DNA of 64,000 nt from Candidatus Multivorans sp. (GCA_965247095.1 OZ251997.1:3648001-3712000), one strand, 5' to 3'; counted from the first letter of the stretch, positions 9,954 to 20,600 are shown. Numbers and translations are program-made. Notes: generated by a model not told the origin, from the sequence alone.

Positions 9954-11153
9954 ATGACCGGTCTGATCGGACTCGTGGTCATCCCGGGCATTGCCTGGGC
10001 GCTGTCCACCGACCGATGGCGGGTCCGGTGGCGCACGGTCCTGATGGGCACGGCGATTCAGTTCGTCTTCGCGGTGCTGATTCTGAAGACGCCCTGGGGT
10101 CGGGCGTTCTTCCGCGGCGCAAACGACGTCGCGACCGAGTTCCTCGGCTACGCGGACTTCGGTTCGCTGTTCGTCTTCGGAGAGACCTTCGAGGAGCACC
10201 TGTTCGCGTTCAAGGTGCTGCCGACGATCATCTTCTTCTCGGCCGTCGTCGCGGTGCTGTACCACCTGGGCGTTATTCAACGGGTGGTCAAGGTCTTCGC
10301 CGTCGTGATGACGAAGCTGATGGGCACCTCAGGCCCCGAATCGCTGTCCGCTTCGGCGAACATCTTCGTCGGCCAGACCGAAGCGCCGCTCATCATCCGC
10401 TCGTACATCCAGAAGATGACTCGCTCCGAGCTGATGGCGGTGATGACGGCCGGCTTCGCCACCGTCGCCGGCGGCGTGCTTGCGGCATACGTCGGCCTGG
10501 GCATCCCGGCAGGGCACCTGATCGCGGCCAGTGTGATGTCGGCGCCGGCCGCCCTGGTCATGGCCAAGTTGATGATCCCGGAAACCGAGACCGAGCGGGT
10601 CGCGGCCGACTCCGATTTCGAGGTCAAGACGCCGTGGGTCAACATGATCGACGCGGCCGCGCAGGGCGCCGGCGACGGCCTGAAGCTGGCGCTCAACGTC
10701 GGCGCCATGCTGCTCGCCTTCGTTGCCATTGTGGCGATGCTCAACGGTTTCCTGGGCCCGGTCGGAGGCTGGATCGGAATCCCCGGACTGAACCTGGAGA
10801 TGATCCTCGGCTTTCTGTTCCGGCCCCTGGCCTGGGTGATGGGCGTACCCTGGTCCGAGGCGGATGCGGTGGGAACCTTGCTCGGACTGAAGACCGCGGT
10901 CAACGAGTTCGTCGCCTATTCGCGGTTCCAGGACATCTCCGCCGAGACCCAGTTGTCGGAGCGTTCCCAGGTGATTGCGACCTACGCGCTGTGCGGCTTC
11001 GCCAACTTCTCGTCGATCGCGATCCAGATCGGCGGCATCGGCGGCATCGCCCCGGAACGCAAGAGCGAACTGGCGAGCCTGGGCCTGCGGGCGATGATCG
11101 CCGGCACCCTGGCGTGCCTGCAGACGGCGACGATCGCCGGCCTGCTGATCTGA
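9954..11153 (+). CDS. Concentrative nucleoside transporter (CNT/NupC family)
   Basis: [54 protein letters not shown]. Confidence 0.93.
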   Translation: MTGLIGLVVIPGIAWALSTDRWRVRWRTVLMGTAIQFVFAVLILKTPWGRAFFRGANDVATEFLGYADFGSLFVFGETFEEHLFAFKVLPTIIFFSAVVAVLYHLGVIQRVVKVFAVVMTKLMGTSGPESLSASANIFVGQTEAPLIIRSYIQKMTRSELMAVMTAGFATVAGGVLAAYVGLGIPAGHLIAASVMSAPAALVMAKLMIPETETERVAADSDFEVKTPWVNMIDAAAQGAGDGLKLALNVGAMLLAFVAIVAMLNGFLGPVGGWIGIPGLNLEMILGFLFRPLAWVMGVPWSEADAVGTLLGLKTAVNEFVAYSRFQDISAETQLSERSQVIATYALCGFANFSSIAIQIGGIGGIAPERKSELASLGLRAMIAGTLACLQTATIAGLLI

Positions 11154-11172
11154 GTCGGTCGGCATGACCGAC
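11154..11172. terminator. Hairpin directly after the nupC-like stop
   Basis: GTCGGTC-ggcat-GACCGAC perfect 7-bp stem; no clear U tract. Confidence 0.35.
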
Positions 11173-11242
11173 ACACCCGCTTGCGCCGAGGGTCGCAGGA
11201 GAGGGTAGAACACAGACTGCCCAATAGGATAGCGCCCGCTCC

Positions 11243-13465
11243 ATGCACGACGCGATGCCCAAGGAGAGGCTCTCTCCAGAGGAACCGATCGACAGCTTGG
11301 GCGGCTGGATCCCGATAGCGCACGTGTTCGGTCTTTGGGCCTTTGCCGTAGCGCAGCCCGTCCTCGACCTGATCGGAAGAGAACCGGGCTTCCTGGTGGC
11401 CCATCGCCTGACCGGGGTTCCGCTTGCCGCTCTGGCACTTGGCCTCGCCATCGGACCCCCGGCTCTCCTGGCGGCGCCACTTGCCTTCCCCGCCGTGCAT
11501 CGGAGCCGCGTAGGGCGTTTATGGACGGACGGTATTCGGGCGCTGCTGGCGGGGGCGTTCCTGCTCCAACTGTTCCATCGGCTGCCAGGCGCACTGGCAC
11601 TGGCGCTGGCAGCCGCCGGAGGCGCCAGTGCGGTGTTCTGCCTGCGCCGCTACCGCGCGTTCTCGGGCCTTGTCAGCGTGACTGCTGCCGCAGCGGTCAT
11701 TGCGCCGCTTGTCTTTCTGTTCCGGCCGAGCGTTCGCGATCTGCTCCTGACAGGACCGGCTATCGAACCCAGCGCCCAAGCCGCCGGGGCGCCCGCAATC
11801 GGGTCGGACACCCCGATCGTCTTCGTGGTCTTTGACGAGCTGCCGACGAGTTCGATTCAAAAGCCGGACGGCTTGATCGATGATCGTCGCTATCCCTCCT
11901 TCGCCGCCCTGGCGGCAAGCGCCGACTGGTACCCGCGAGCGCTTACCACGGCGACCCAGACGGAGAGGGCGATACCCACACTGCTGACCGGCAACTTGCC
12001 TCGGCCGGATGCGAACGCGCACTACCGCGACTACCCGGCGAACCTCTTCTCATGGCTGGGCCAGGGCGGTTACAGGATTGTCGCGTACGAAGCGTTCGGC
12101 CTCCTCTGTCCACCGGCCGTCTGCACCGAACCGCCGCTAGCCGGCCCCTGGGAACGTCTTGTCGCCGTGGCCGACGACCTCGGCGTCGTCTACGGCCACC
12201 TGTTGCTGCCACCGACGATCCGGACCGGTCTGCCCGAAGTGGACCAAACCTGGACCGGATTTCGTGACCGGGGCCGATCGGGAGAAAGAGCCGAAGACAC
12301 GGGCGGCCGCGGGCTCCACCAGGATGTCCCGCGCGTCGTCGATAGCTTTCTCTCTCGCATGGAACGCGACCGGAGCCGCACGCCGGCGCTGTACTACCTG
12401 CACTTGAACCTTCCCCATGTTCCGTGGAGGTACCTTCCTTCCGGCCGGGAGTACGTTCCGATCGGCGCGCCGGTCATTCCCCCGGGCCTCGACGATCCCC
12501 AGGTGCTCGAGGACGAGTGGCTCTACGTCCAGGGTCTCCAGCGGTTTCTCCTCCAGGTGGGCTACACCGATCGCGTGTTGGGCCGGATCGTCGACCGCCT
12601 TCGACGCGTCGGCCTCTACGATCGCGCCCTGATCGTCGTCACGGCGGATCATGGCTTTCGTGCCGGAGCGCTGCGCCGGGCAGTCACTGAAGCGAACTTC
12701 GAGGAACTCATGGAGGTGCCGCTGTTCGTCAAGCGTCCCGGGCAGCAGGAGGGAAGAGTCGTCAAGCACGTTGTGCAGACCATCGACATCGTTCCCACGA
12801 TCGGCGCGACACTTGCTGCCGAGCCGCCGTGGGAAGTCGACGGCACTCTCCTCAGCGACACGTCGGCACGGGAGCTCACCGTGTGCTGCTATGCGCCGCC
12901 CACGCCGCCGACGCTGAGCTTTCGGACGGATCCTGTTCGGCGTCAGAGCACACTTGATCGGCTCCACCGGTTGTTCGGCACCGAGGCCGGGTCGCCGCCG
13001 CTCGTTGCCGGGGACCCGTTCGATGGTGTCTTCGCAGCCGGGCCGAGGCCGGATCTCCTGGGCCGCCCGGCCGCCGACTTCATCCGCGAGCTTCCTGACG
13101 GCGAGAGTTCCCAGGTTGTTCGCGCCATCCTCACCTCGCGACACGCCTACGAGGACGTGAGACCCCAGAGCGGCTTCGTGCCGAGCCTGATCGGCGGTCG
13201 GATCGATCCCGGTATCGTCGACGGAACGAAGCTGGCGGTCGCCGTGGACGGCATCGTGCGGGCTACGACCGAGACCTTTACTCACCGCAGGGCCAGCCGG
13301 TTCTCAGCGCTGGTCCACGAGCGGTGGCTGCCGGCCGGCAGTCATCGAGTCGCGATCTACGCTATCGAGGACGGTGCGGGCCAACCCCAAGGTGCTGGTC
13401 AGACCGCGCTGCGACCGCTGCCAGCCGCCGAGTCTAAGTCGCGCCCGCGGCCGAGGGCACGATGA
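11243..13465 (+). CDS. Membrane-anchored alkaline-phosphatase-superfamily (sulfatase-like) hydrolase/transferase
   Basis: About five N-terminal TM helices, then VVFDELP, TATQTERAIPTLLTG, HLNLPHVPW, VTADHG, VPLFVK, TIDIVPTI. Confidence 0.8.
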   Translation: MHDAMPKERLSPEEPIDSLGGWIPIAHVFGLWAFAVAQPVLDLIGREPGFLVAHRLTGVPLAALALGLAIGPPALLAAPLAFPAVHRSRVGRLWTDGIRALLAGAFLLQLFHRLPGALALALAAAGGASAVFCLRRYRAFSGLVSVTAAAAVIAPLVFLFRPSVRDLLLTGPAIEPSAQAAGAPAIGSDTPIVFVVFDELPTSSIQKPDGLIDDRRYPSFAALAASADWYPRALTTATQTERAIPTLLTGNLPRPDANAHYRDYPANLFSWLGQGGYRIVAYEAFGLLCPPAVCTEPPLAGPWERLVAVADDLGVVYGHLLLPPTIRTGLPEVDQTWTGFRDRGRSGERAEDTGGRGLHQDVPRVVDSFLSRMERDRSRTPALYYLHLNLPHVPWRYLPSGREYVPIGAPVIPPGLDDPQVLEDEWLYVQGLQRFLLQVGYTDRVLGRIVDRLRRVGLYDRALIVVTADHGFRAGALRRAVTEANFEELMEVPLFVKRPGQQEGRVVKHVVQTIDIVPTIGATLAAEPPWEVDGTLLSDTSARELTVCCYAPPTPPTLSFRTDPVRRQSTLDRLHRLFGTEAGSPPLVAGDPFDGVFAAGPRPDLLGRPAADFIRELPDGESSQVVRAILTSRHAYEDVRPQSGFVPSLIGGRIDPGIVDGTKLAVAVDGIVRATTETFTHRRASRFSALVHERWLPAGSHRVAIYAIEDGAGQPQGAGQTALRPLPAAESKSRPRPRAR

Positions 13466-14270
13466 TCAGCAGTTGAATCGCGTCGAAGACCGCGTGCGCC
13501 GCGATGGCCGGCCAGATGTTCCCGCGCCAGCGCACGAGCAGGCTGAAGGCGACGGATAGCAGGCCGACCCCCAGCAGCAGGAAGGGCTGTTCGTAGTTCA
13601 GGTGCGCGAGCACGAAGAGGACGTTCGACACGCCGAAGCCGACCCGGGGCATCAGGAAGCCGCGGAAGAAGATCTCCTCGACGACGCCGGCGGAGAGGCT
13701 CACCATGACCCGCAGCAGGATCGGCAGGCTTCCCATCCAGAGCACCATCTTCGGCGCCTCGCTGGGCAGGTTCTCGAAGCCCCCGACGAAGCCGACGGCC
13801 AGTGCCGTAAACAGCACCACGGCCAGCACGCTCGCCCACAGAACGACGCCCGCCCCGATGCCGAGTCCGACCTCGGCCGGCATGCTCTGCCCGGGTCTGA
13901 GGCGCAGTCCGAGCTGGCCTCGGATCACCGTGCCGGCATCGTGCCCGCAACGCCAGTATCCGAGCATCAACCAAACCGCCAGCGTTGCGACCAGGATCGC
14001 GTGCATCTGGAACAGGTTCAGCGGCGACAGGTTCTCGAAGTCGATCTCGTTGACACGCGACGGCAGGCCGATCTGGCCGGCGGTCGCGAACACGCCCACC
14101 CAGAGCACCAGGCCCAGCAGCACCATCGCGGCGACGCGGCGGCGAATGCCGCCGGGCGCGGCGGCCGCGAAACGGGGCGGCAGCAGTCCCCGCGCCAAAG
14201 TCGAGCGGTCGATCCACCAGGCGCAGGCAGCGCCGGCAAGAAGCGGCAGGAAGAATCGAATGAGGGTCAT
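13434..14270 (-). CDS. CPBP (CAAX/Abi) intramembrane glutamic protease
   Basis: EEIFFRG, FVLAH, AHAVFD motifs within TM helices. Confidence 0.9.
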   Translation of the reverse strand: MTLIRFFLPLLAGAACAWWIDRSTLARGLLPPRFAAAAPGGIRRRVAAMVLLGLVLWVGVFATAGQIGLPSRVNEIDFENLSPLNLFQMHAILVATLAVWLMLGYWRCGHDAGTVIRGQLGLRLRPGQSMPAEVGLGIGAGVVLWASVLAVVLFTALAVGFVGGFENLPSEAPKMVLWMGSLPILLRVMVSLSAGVVEEIFFRGFLMPRVGFGVSNVLFVLAHLNYEQPFLLLGVGLLSVAFSLLVRWRGNIWPAIAAHAVFDAIQLLIIVPSAAGAT

Positions 14271-14372
14271 GGGAGACTTGGGGGTGGGCGGTCGGTCCGT
14301 CGATGGGCGATGCTACCCAGTGTTTCGGACTGCTAGGGTTCGGCGCTGCCGCAGACCATTCAGGAGGGTGCC

Positions 14373-15617
14373 TTGGAGCGATTTCCCGGCGTTGATTTCA
14401 TGAAGTTCGACTCGCTGCTTAGCGGCGAGGAGCGCTTGATCAGAGACACCGTTCGTCAGTTCGTCGACGAGCGCGTGAAGCCCATTATCGAGCAGTGCCA
14501 TCGCGATGCCCGCGCGCCGATGGAGCTCGCGCCCGAGATCGGCGATCTGAACCTGTTCGGGGCGAACTTCACGGAGTATGGACTCCCCGGCCTGGGCGAT
14601 GTCGCGTACGGGCTCGTGATGCAGGAATTGGAGCGCGGCGACTCCGGCATCCGCAGCATGGTCTCGGTGCAGAGTTCCCTGGTCATGTACCCGATCCTCA
14701 CCTTCGGCTCGAAGGAACAGAAGGACCGCTTCATCCCGGGGCTCGCGAGCGGGCGGATGATCGGCTGCTTCGGCCTCACGGAGCCGGACTTCGGCTCGAA
14801 TCCGTCGGCGATGCGCACGCGCGCGCGCCGCGATGGGGGCTGCTGGGTGCTGAACGGCGCCAAGCAGTGGATCACGAACGGCAGCGTCGCCGATGTCGCC
14901 GTCGTGTGGGCGCGCACGGACGAGGGGATCAGGGGCTTTCTGGTCGAGAAGGGCGCCGAGGGCTTCGTGAGCGCCGAGCAGCACGGCAAGTTCTCCCTGC
15001 GGGCCTCGGTGACCGGCGAACTCTCGTTCCAGAACTGCCGGATTCCGGCCGAGAACATCCTGGCCGGCACCCGCGGCGTCGGCAGCGCGCTCCAGACCCT
15101 GAACCAGGCCCGCTACGGCATCTGCTGGGGCGGGCTAGGCTCGGCAATGGAGTGCTACCACACGGCGCTCGAGTACGCCCGCCAGCGGGTGCAGTTCGCC
15201 GGCCAGCCGATCGCTTCTCACCAACTGGTCCAGGAAAAGCTGGCGTGGATGATCACCGAGATCACGAAGGGCCAGTTCCTCGCCTACCAGTTGGCGGGGC
15301 TGAAGACGGCCGGGACGATGGCGCCGCAGCACGTCTCGATGTGCAAGCGGAACAACGTCTGGGTGGCGCGCGAATGCGCCAAGCTGGCGCGCGAGATCCT
15401 GGGCGCCAACGGCATCTCCGACGAGTATCCTGTGATCCGCCACATGCTGAACATCGAGTCGGTCTACACCTATGAAGGGACTCACGACATCCATGGCCTG
15501 GTGATCGGCGCCGCGGTGACCGGTATCCCCTCCTTCAACCCGCCGATGACCCGCACGCAGGCGCGGGAGGCCGCCGCGCGCCCCGAGCAGGTCGCGGTGG
15601 CGTCGGGGGGGAACTGA
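14373..15617 (+). CDS. Acyl-CoA dehydrogenase, glutaryl-CoA dehydrogenase-like
   Basis: [50 protein letters not shown]; TTG start after AGGAGG. Confidence 0.88.
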   Translation: MERFPGVDFMKFDSLLSGEERLIRDTVRQFVDERVKPIIEQCHRDARAPMELAPEIGDLNLFGANFTEYGLPGLGDVAYGLVMQELERGDSGIRSMVSVQSSLVMYPILTFGSKEQKDRFIPGLASGRMIGCFGLTEPDFGSNPSAMRTRARRDGGCWVLNGAKQWITNGSVADVAVVWARTDEGIRGFLVEKGAEGFVSAEQHGKFSLRASVTGELSFQNCRIPAENILAGTRGVGSALQTLNQARYGICWGGLGSAMECYHTALEYARQRVQFAGQPIASHQLVQEKLAWMITEITKGQFLAYQLAGLKTAGTMAPQHVSMCKRNNVWVARECAKLAREILGANGISDEYPVIRHMLNIESVYTYEGTHDIHGLVIGAAVTGIPSFNPPMTRTQAREAAARPEQVAVASGGN

Positions 15618-16591
15618 TGGCCGGCGGCCTGCGCGAGCACGACTTCGTCGCCGTCACCGAGGCGGCCGCGGTTGCCGCGGCGCAGACCATGGGCTACGGC
15701 GACCGTCGCCACTCGGACCACGTTTCGGTGGAGGCGATGCGCGAGGCGCTGGCGACCATGGCGATCGACGGCCGGGTCGTGATCGGCGAGGGGGAGCGGG
15801 ACAAGGCGCCGATGCTCTACGTCGGGGAGCGGGTCGGCCGCGGCGCTCCCGGCGACTTGCCGGTGGACTTTGCCGTCGATCCGTTGGAGGGAACGAACCT
15901 CTGCGCCACCGGCGCCGCGGAAGCGATGGCGGTGCTCGCGGTATCGGAGCGCGGCGGCCTTCTCCATGCGCCGGACATCTACATGGACAAGATCGTGGTC
16001 GGCCCGACCGCCCGCGGCAGAGTCGACCTGGATGCGCCGGTGGAGGACAACCTGAACGCCATCGCCGGCGCCTTCAACTGCGCGGTCAGCGCCTTGACGA
16101 TCGTGGTGCTCGACCGGGACCGCCACCGCGGTCTGATCGAGGACATCCGCGGCGCCGGCGCCCGGATCAAGCTGATCGGCGACGGCGACCTTTCGACGGC
16201 GATCGCCGCGGCCGTGCGCGGCACCGGTGTCCACGCGGTGATCGGCACCGGCGGCGCGCCGGAAGGGGTGATCACGGCGGCGGCGATGCGCTGCCTGGGC
16301 GGCGAGATCCAGGGCCGGCTGTCCGCCCTCTCCGAGGAGCAGGAGCGCCGGCTCGAGGAGGTCGGGATCGAGGACCGGGACAGGCTCTACACCACCGACG
16401 AGCTGGCGCCCGGCGAGGACATCGTGTTCTGCTGCACCGGCGTCACGGGCGGAGACCTGCTCCGCGGCGTCCGGTTCGAGGGCGACGGGTACCGCACGTC
16501 GACGCTGGTCATGTCGCTTGCCGACGGCGTGATCCGGTTCGTCGAGACGATTCACCGCGGCGACGATGGCGGCCCCGTGGTGTTCTACTGA
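15617..16591 (+). CDS. glpX: Class II fructose-1,6-bisphosphatase
   Basis: [40 protein letters not shown]; TGATG overlap with upstream gene. Confidence 0.95.
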   Translation: MAGGLREHDFVAVTEAAAVAAAQTMGYGDRRHSDHVSVEAMREALATMAIDGRVVIGEGERDKAPMLYVGERVGRGAPGDLPVDFAVDPLEGTNLCATGAAEAMAVLAVSERGGLLHAPDIYMDKIVVGPTARGRVDLDAPVEDNLNAIAGAFNCAVSALTIVVLDRDRHRGLIEDIRGAGARIKLIGDGDLSTAIAAAVRGTGVHAVIGTGGAPEGVITAAAMRCLGGEIQGRLSALSEEQERRLEEVGIEDRDRLYTTDELAPGEDIVFCCTGVTGGDLLRGVRFEGDGYRTSTLVMSLADGVIRFVETIHRGDDGGPVVFY

Positions 16592-16639
16592 GGGGCGACC
16601 GGTGCGCGAGGGCACGAGACAGAGGGCGGAGGCGCCGGC

Positions 16640-17128
16640 GTGATCAAGCCGGACCACTGGATTCGCGCCTGGGGCGAGGGCGGCGGGGTGACGCCGTTCG
16701 AGCCTGCGCAGGTGAACGCGGCGAGTTACGACGTCCGGGTGGGCGATCACTGGATCTGTCCGACCCGCGACCCGGAGGAGTTCCGGGGAGACAAGGTGAA
16801 GCTGTTTCCGAACGAGGTCCTGCTCGCCACGACTCTCGAGTTCGTGCGCATCCCGCGGTCGGTGGCCTGCGACCTGAAGCTCAAGTCGACCCTGGGCCGG
16901 CTGTGGATCAACCACTCCCTGGCCGGCTGGTGCGACCCTGGCTTCGAAGGCAACATCACGCTCGAGTTGCAGAACCTGGGACCGGTGCCGTTCGTGCTCG
17001 ATGCCGGCCGCCGGATCGCCCAGTTGATCTTCATTGCGATGGAGTCGGAACCGCAGACCGCCTACGGCGAACCGGGCGCGGGGAGCAAGTACCAGCATCA
17101 GCGCGGCGCGACGCGAGCGCGGAGCTGA
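16640..17128 (+). CDS. dcd: dCTP deaminase
   Basis: NAASYDVR, KSTLGR, DPGFEGNITLEL, IAQLIF, KYQHQRG. Confidence 0.9.
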   Translation: MIKPDHWIRAWGEGGGVTPFEPAQVNAASYDVRVGDHWICPTRDPEEFRGDKVKLFPNEVLLATTLEFVRIPRSVACDLKLKSTLGRLWINHSLAGWCDPGFEGNITLELQNLGPVPFVLDAGRRIAQLIFIAMESEPQTAYGEPGAGSKYQHQRGATRARS

Positions 17129-17143
17129 ACGGGACCGGCGATC

Positions 17144-17611
17144 GTGTCCGCACCTGTTCGGCAGACCATCCGGCTCAGGATAGGCAGCCGGTACGAGAAC
17201 ATCGAACTGGTGCAGGCGGTTCTGGACGAAGCGCTTAAGCCGCTAAAGGTGGACGAGGAAAGCAGCTACTGGCTGGACATCGCGCTGCGGGAAGCTCTGA
17301 CCAACGCGATCAAGCACGGCAACGCGCTGGACCCCGAGAAGAAAGTCGAGGTCGCGCTGAAGGTGGGCGCGGACGAGATCGAGATCACGGTGGAGGATGA
17401 GGGCAGCGGATTCGACCCGGCCGCGGTGGAGGATCCACTGGCGCCGGACAACCTGCTGAAGACCGAAGGCCGGGGAATCTTCTATATGAGGAAGTTCATG
17501 GATAAGATCGAGTACGACTTCGGCGCCGGGGGCGGCACCAAGGTTCGGCTTCACAAGAAGTTCGGCGATTCGTGCGTCGGCGCCGAAGGAGACCAGGGAG
17601 GAGCGGAATGA
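17144..17611 (+). CDS. Anti-sigma factor Ser kinase (RsbW/SpoIIAB-like)
   Basis: EALTNAIKHGN, DEGSGFD, EGRGIFYMRKFMD (HATPase_c). Confidence 0.92.
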   Translation: MSAPVRQTIRLRIGSRYENIELVQAVLDEALKPLKVDEESSYWLDIALREALTNAIKHGNALDPEKKVEVALKVGADEIEITVEDEGSGFDPAAVEDPLAPDNLLKTEGRGIFYMRKFMDKIEYDFGAGGGTKVRLHKKFGDSCVGAEGDQGGAE

Positions 17612-17946
17612 AGATTGACAAGCGCCAACGGGATGGAGCGACGATTCTCGATCTCCAGGGCAAGATCACCATAGGCGAGGGAGACGTTGCTCTGAGGGAG
17701 GCCGTTCACGAAGCGATCGGCGCGGGTGCTGTGAACATTCTGCTCAATATGGGCCGGGTGCGAATGATCGACTCTTCCGGCGTCGGCGAGTTGATTGCCG
17801 CCTACACCACGGTGACCAACCGCGGCGGCAGGCTGGGTCTGTTCTCTCTGCCGAGGCGGGTGCTCGGCGTGCTGCAGATCACCCAGTTGGTCACGGTGCT
17901 CGACATCATGAAGGACGAGGCCGAGGCGGTCGCGTCGCTCTCCTGA
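17608..17946 (+). CDS. STAS anti-anti-sigma factor (RsbV/SpoIIAA-like)
   Basis: IDSSGVGEL phospho-Ser motif; ATGA overlap with rsbW-like gene; GGAGGAG SD. Confidence 0.92.
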   Translation: MKIDKRQRDGATILDLQGKITIGEGDVALREAVHEAIGAGAVNILLNMGRVRMIDSSGVGELIAAYTTVTNRGGRLGLFSLPRRVLGVLQITQLVTVLDIMKDEAEAVASLS

Positions 17947-17953
17947 CGGACGG

Positions 17954-19183
17954 GTGATCGCACTCAGGCAGGGACGCGGGCAGGAGCGTCCGCCGGTGGA
18001 CCGCCGGGCGGGGACATCCGACGGCAACCTGCGCGGCAGGCTGCTCTTCGTCGGCGTCTCGCTGCTCCTCGTCCTGGGCCTTGCCAGCGGCGCGTGGCTG
18101 GGCGCCAGCGACGACGAGCCGGGCACCGACTCAATCTACAAGTACATCACGCTGTGGGAGGAAGTCCTGCGGCTGATCCGTGGCTCGTACGTCGAGGAGG
18201 TCGACGGTCGCGGCCTGATGGCGGGCGCGCTGGACGGGGTGACCGACGCCCTGGATCCGTTCTCGGTCTATGTGCCGGCGAGCGAGGTGGAGTCCTACCG
18301 GGCCGCGCGGGAGATCGGGCGCCGTCACAGCGGTCTCCTGGTGCTGAAGGAGCGTGGGACGGCCTACGTCGCCGCGGTGGACCGCGGCAGTCCAGCGGAC
18401 CTGGAAGGGTTCGAACTGGGCGACATTGTCGCCGGCATCAATGGCCGTTCGTCTCGTGAGATGCCGCTGTGGGAGCTGCGCCGGCAACTCGCGGCTTCCG
18501 TCGGTTCCGAGTTGCGGCTCGAACTGGTGCGGCGCGGCGAGAGCATCGATACGAGCCTCGTCCTTGCGGAGTACGACCTTCTACCGCCGGAATTCGAGGA
18601 GGTTCGCGGCGTCGGCGTGCTGACGATCCCGAGCTTCGGCGCCGACACGGCAGCCCAGGTCGATGCCGCGCTGGCGGGGTACGAGGGCGCCTCGCTGCTG
18701 ATCGATCTGCGCGGCGTTGCCGGAGGGTCGGTGGCGGACGCGTACGCGGTTGCAGGCCGGTTCGCGCAGGGCGACCTGGGCGGCCTGCTGGACCGCGAGG
18801 ACCGCGAGCTCCGCAGCTTCGACGGCGACGGCGGCTTGTTCGCGGGCGACGTTGCGGTGCTGGTCGACCGGAGTTCGCAGGGCGCCTCCGAAGTCCTGAC
18901 CGCCGTGTTGCAAAAGGCTGTCGACGCCGAGCTGTACGGTGAACCGACCTTCGGTTACGCGGGAGAGGTGGAGCAGATCGAGCTGCCGAACGACGGCGGC
19001 GTGCTGGAGTTGACCTCGGCCTTCTACACCGATCCGGACGGTGAGCGGCTCAACCGCAGGATCCGCATGGAGCAGGACCACCGTCTCGGCGCCCTCTTCT
19101 TCGTGGAGCCGGAAGACGGATCGGATCCCGTGCTCGAGGGCGCGATCGATCGGATTCTCGATCCCGAGGATCCGAAGGCGTAG
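17954..19183 (+). CDS. S41 (C-terminal processing protease) homolog with PDZ domain, probably catalytically inactive
   Basis: N-term TM, YVEEVD...ALDPFSVY, PDZ (GSPADLEGFELGD), IDLRGVAGG, DRSSQGASEV, GEPTFGYA. Confidence 0.8.
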   Translation: MIALRQGRGQERPPVDRRAGTSDGNLRGRLLFVGVSLLLVLGLASGAWLGASDDEPGTDSIYKYITLWEEVLRLIRGSYVEEVDGRGLMAGALDGVTDALDPFSVYVPASEVESYRAAREIGRRHSGLLVLKERGTAYVAAVDRGSPADLEGFELGDIVAGINGRSSREMPLWELRRQLAASVGSELRLELVRRGESIDTSLVLAEYDLLPPEFEEVRGVGVLTIPSFGADTAAQVDAALAGYEGASLLIDLRGVAGGSVADAYAVAGRFAQGDLGGLLDREDRELRSFDGDGGLFAGDVAVLVDRSSQGASEVLTAVLQKAVDAELYGEPTFGYAGEVEQIELPNDGGVLELTSAFYTDPDGERLNRRIRMEQDHRLGALFFVEPEDGSDPVLEGAIDRILDPEDPKA

Positions 19184-19198
19184 CAACCAAACGCTGCC

Positions 19199-20029
19199 CT
19201 ACTCGTCCCGCTTGGCGCGTTCCCAGAGCAGCTCCATGCGCTGCCGGCGAGCGTTGTGGTTTTCGCCGTCCGCTCCCGCTTCGAGTTCCGCTTCCACGAC
19301 GGCGAAGCGGCGGCGGAACTTCCGGTTGGCGGCCGCCAGGGCGCGCTCCGGGTCCACCTTGAGGTGGCGGGCGAGGTTGGCGACCGCGAAGAGTACGTCG
19401 CCCAGCTCTTCCTCGACCCTTGTGGTCGCTTGCGGCCCGTCCGCCGGCGCGTCCTTCGCCGTCTCCCGGTCGAGTTCCTCAAGCTCCTCGGACACCTTGG
19501 CGCGCACGGCCGCGGGAGCGTCCCAGTCGAAGCCGATGCCGGCCGCCTTCTGCCCGAGCCGGTAGGCGCCGACCAGAGCCGGCAGCGAGGACGGTACGCC
19601 GTCCAGCGCGGAACGTCCGGTATCGCGGCGCTTGCGTTGCTCCCACAGCGCCGCGACCTCGGCCGCGGACTCGGCCCGGCCCCGAGCCTCCTCGTTGCCG
19701 AAGACGTGCGGGTGACGGGCAACCATCTTCTCGATCACCGTTTGGATGGCGTCGCCGACGGGAACGTCCGACAACTCGGCGCTGGCGAGCCGGGCGACGT
19801 AGACCGCCTCGAACAGCAGGTCGCCCAGCTCTTCGTTGATCGCCGCGGTGTCGCGCTCGTCGATCGCGGCGGCCAGTTCGTGCGCCTCCTCGATCAGGTA
19901 GGCGCGCAGGTCGGAGAGGGATAGCTCCCGGTCCCAGGGGCAGTCGATGCGAAGCCGGTCGATCAGCGCCGCGATCGGGGCCAGCGAGGAGGGGTCCGCG
20001 GCTCGGTCTGCTCTGTTACGATCGTTCAT
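19199..20029 (-). CDS. mazG: Nucleoside triphosphate pyrophosphohydrolase MazG
   Basis: CPWDRE, EEAHE, EELGDLL, RHPHVFG, GFDW, second EELGDVLF, KFRRRF. Confidence 0.93.
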   Translation of the reverse strand: MNDRNRADRAADPSSLAPIAALIDRLRIDCPWDRELSLSDLRAYLIEEAHELAAAIDERDTAAINEELGDLLFEAVYVARLASAELSDVPVGDAIQTVIEKMVARHPHVFGNEEARGRAESAAEVAALWEQRKRRDTGRSALDGVPSSLPALVGAYRLGQKAAGIGFDWDAPAAVRAKVSEELEELDRETAKDAPADGPQATTRVEEELGDVLFAVANLARHLKVDPERALAAANRKFRRRFAVVEAELEAGADGENHNARRQRMELLWERAKRDE

Positions 20030-20051
20030 TCTTTCGGCGGGGAGGTCGGAT

Positions 20052-20495
20052 GTGAAGGTCACCGACAAAAGGATGTTCACGGACGACGGCGAACTGCGCG
20101 AAGAGTACCGGTTTCTCGAGCAGCAGAAGGCGACCGCAGAGCCCGCGGCGACCGCGCCGGGGCCGCGTGTCGCCGGGCCGTCGCCGGGCCGGAGCGCGGC
20201 CCCCGATCCCTTGGTCGACGGATACGAAGCGTCGCCGGCCGCCGCCGGGCGCCCGGCGCCCGGCTTCATGGACCTGGTCGCGATGCTCGCCGAGCCGATT
20301 GCCTTCCTGCTGGGCGACGCGCAGCTTCCGGATGGCCAGAGCGCGCAGGATCTTCCCCGGGCGCGTCTGCATATCGACCTGCTGGCGGTGCTGCAGGAGA
20401 AGACCCGAGGGAACGTCAGCGCGGAGGAGAGCGGGATGGTGGAGAACCTCCTCGCTCAGCTCCGCATGCGCTACGTCGAGAAGAGCCGGAACTGA
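20052..20495 (+). CDS. DUF1844-domain protein
   Basis: N-term KVTDKRMF; C-term ARLHIDLLAVLQEKTRGN...LAQLRMRYV; GTG start after GGAGG. Confidence 0.8.
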   Translation: MKVTDKRMFTDDGELREEYRFLEQQKATAEPAATAPGPRVAGPSPGRSAAPDPLVDGYEASPAAAGRPAPGFMDLVAMLAEPIAFLLGDAQLPDGQSAQDLPRARLHIDLLAVLQEKTRGNVSAEESGMVENLLAQLRMRYVEKSRN

Positions 20496-20562
20496 CGACG
20501 TAGACGGAGGTCCCTCGCGCCCACCGGGCTCAGGGGGGTGGCTGGGCAGGTAGTTGCCTGGA

Positions 20563-20583
20563 CATGAGTGTTCGACTATCAGA
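20563..20583. promoter_or_regulatory. HAIR-like HspR operator upstream of dnaK
   Basis: CATGAGT-N7-TATCAGA versus HAIR consensus CTTGAGT-N7-ACTCAAG, 17 nt upstream of the -35; hspR follows dnaK. Confidence 0.5.
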
Positions 20584-20600
20584 TCAGGGCCGCTCGGGAC

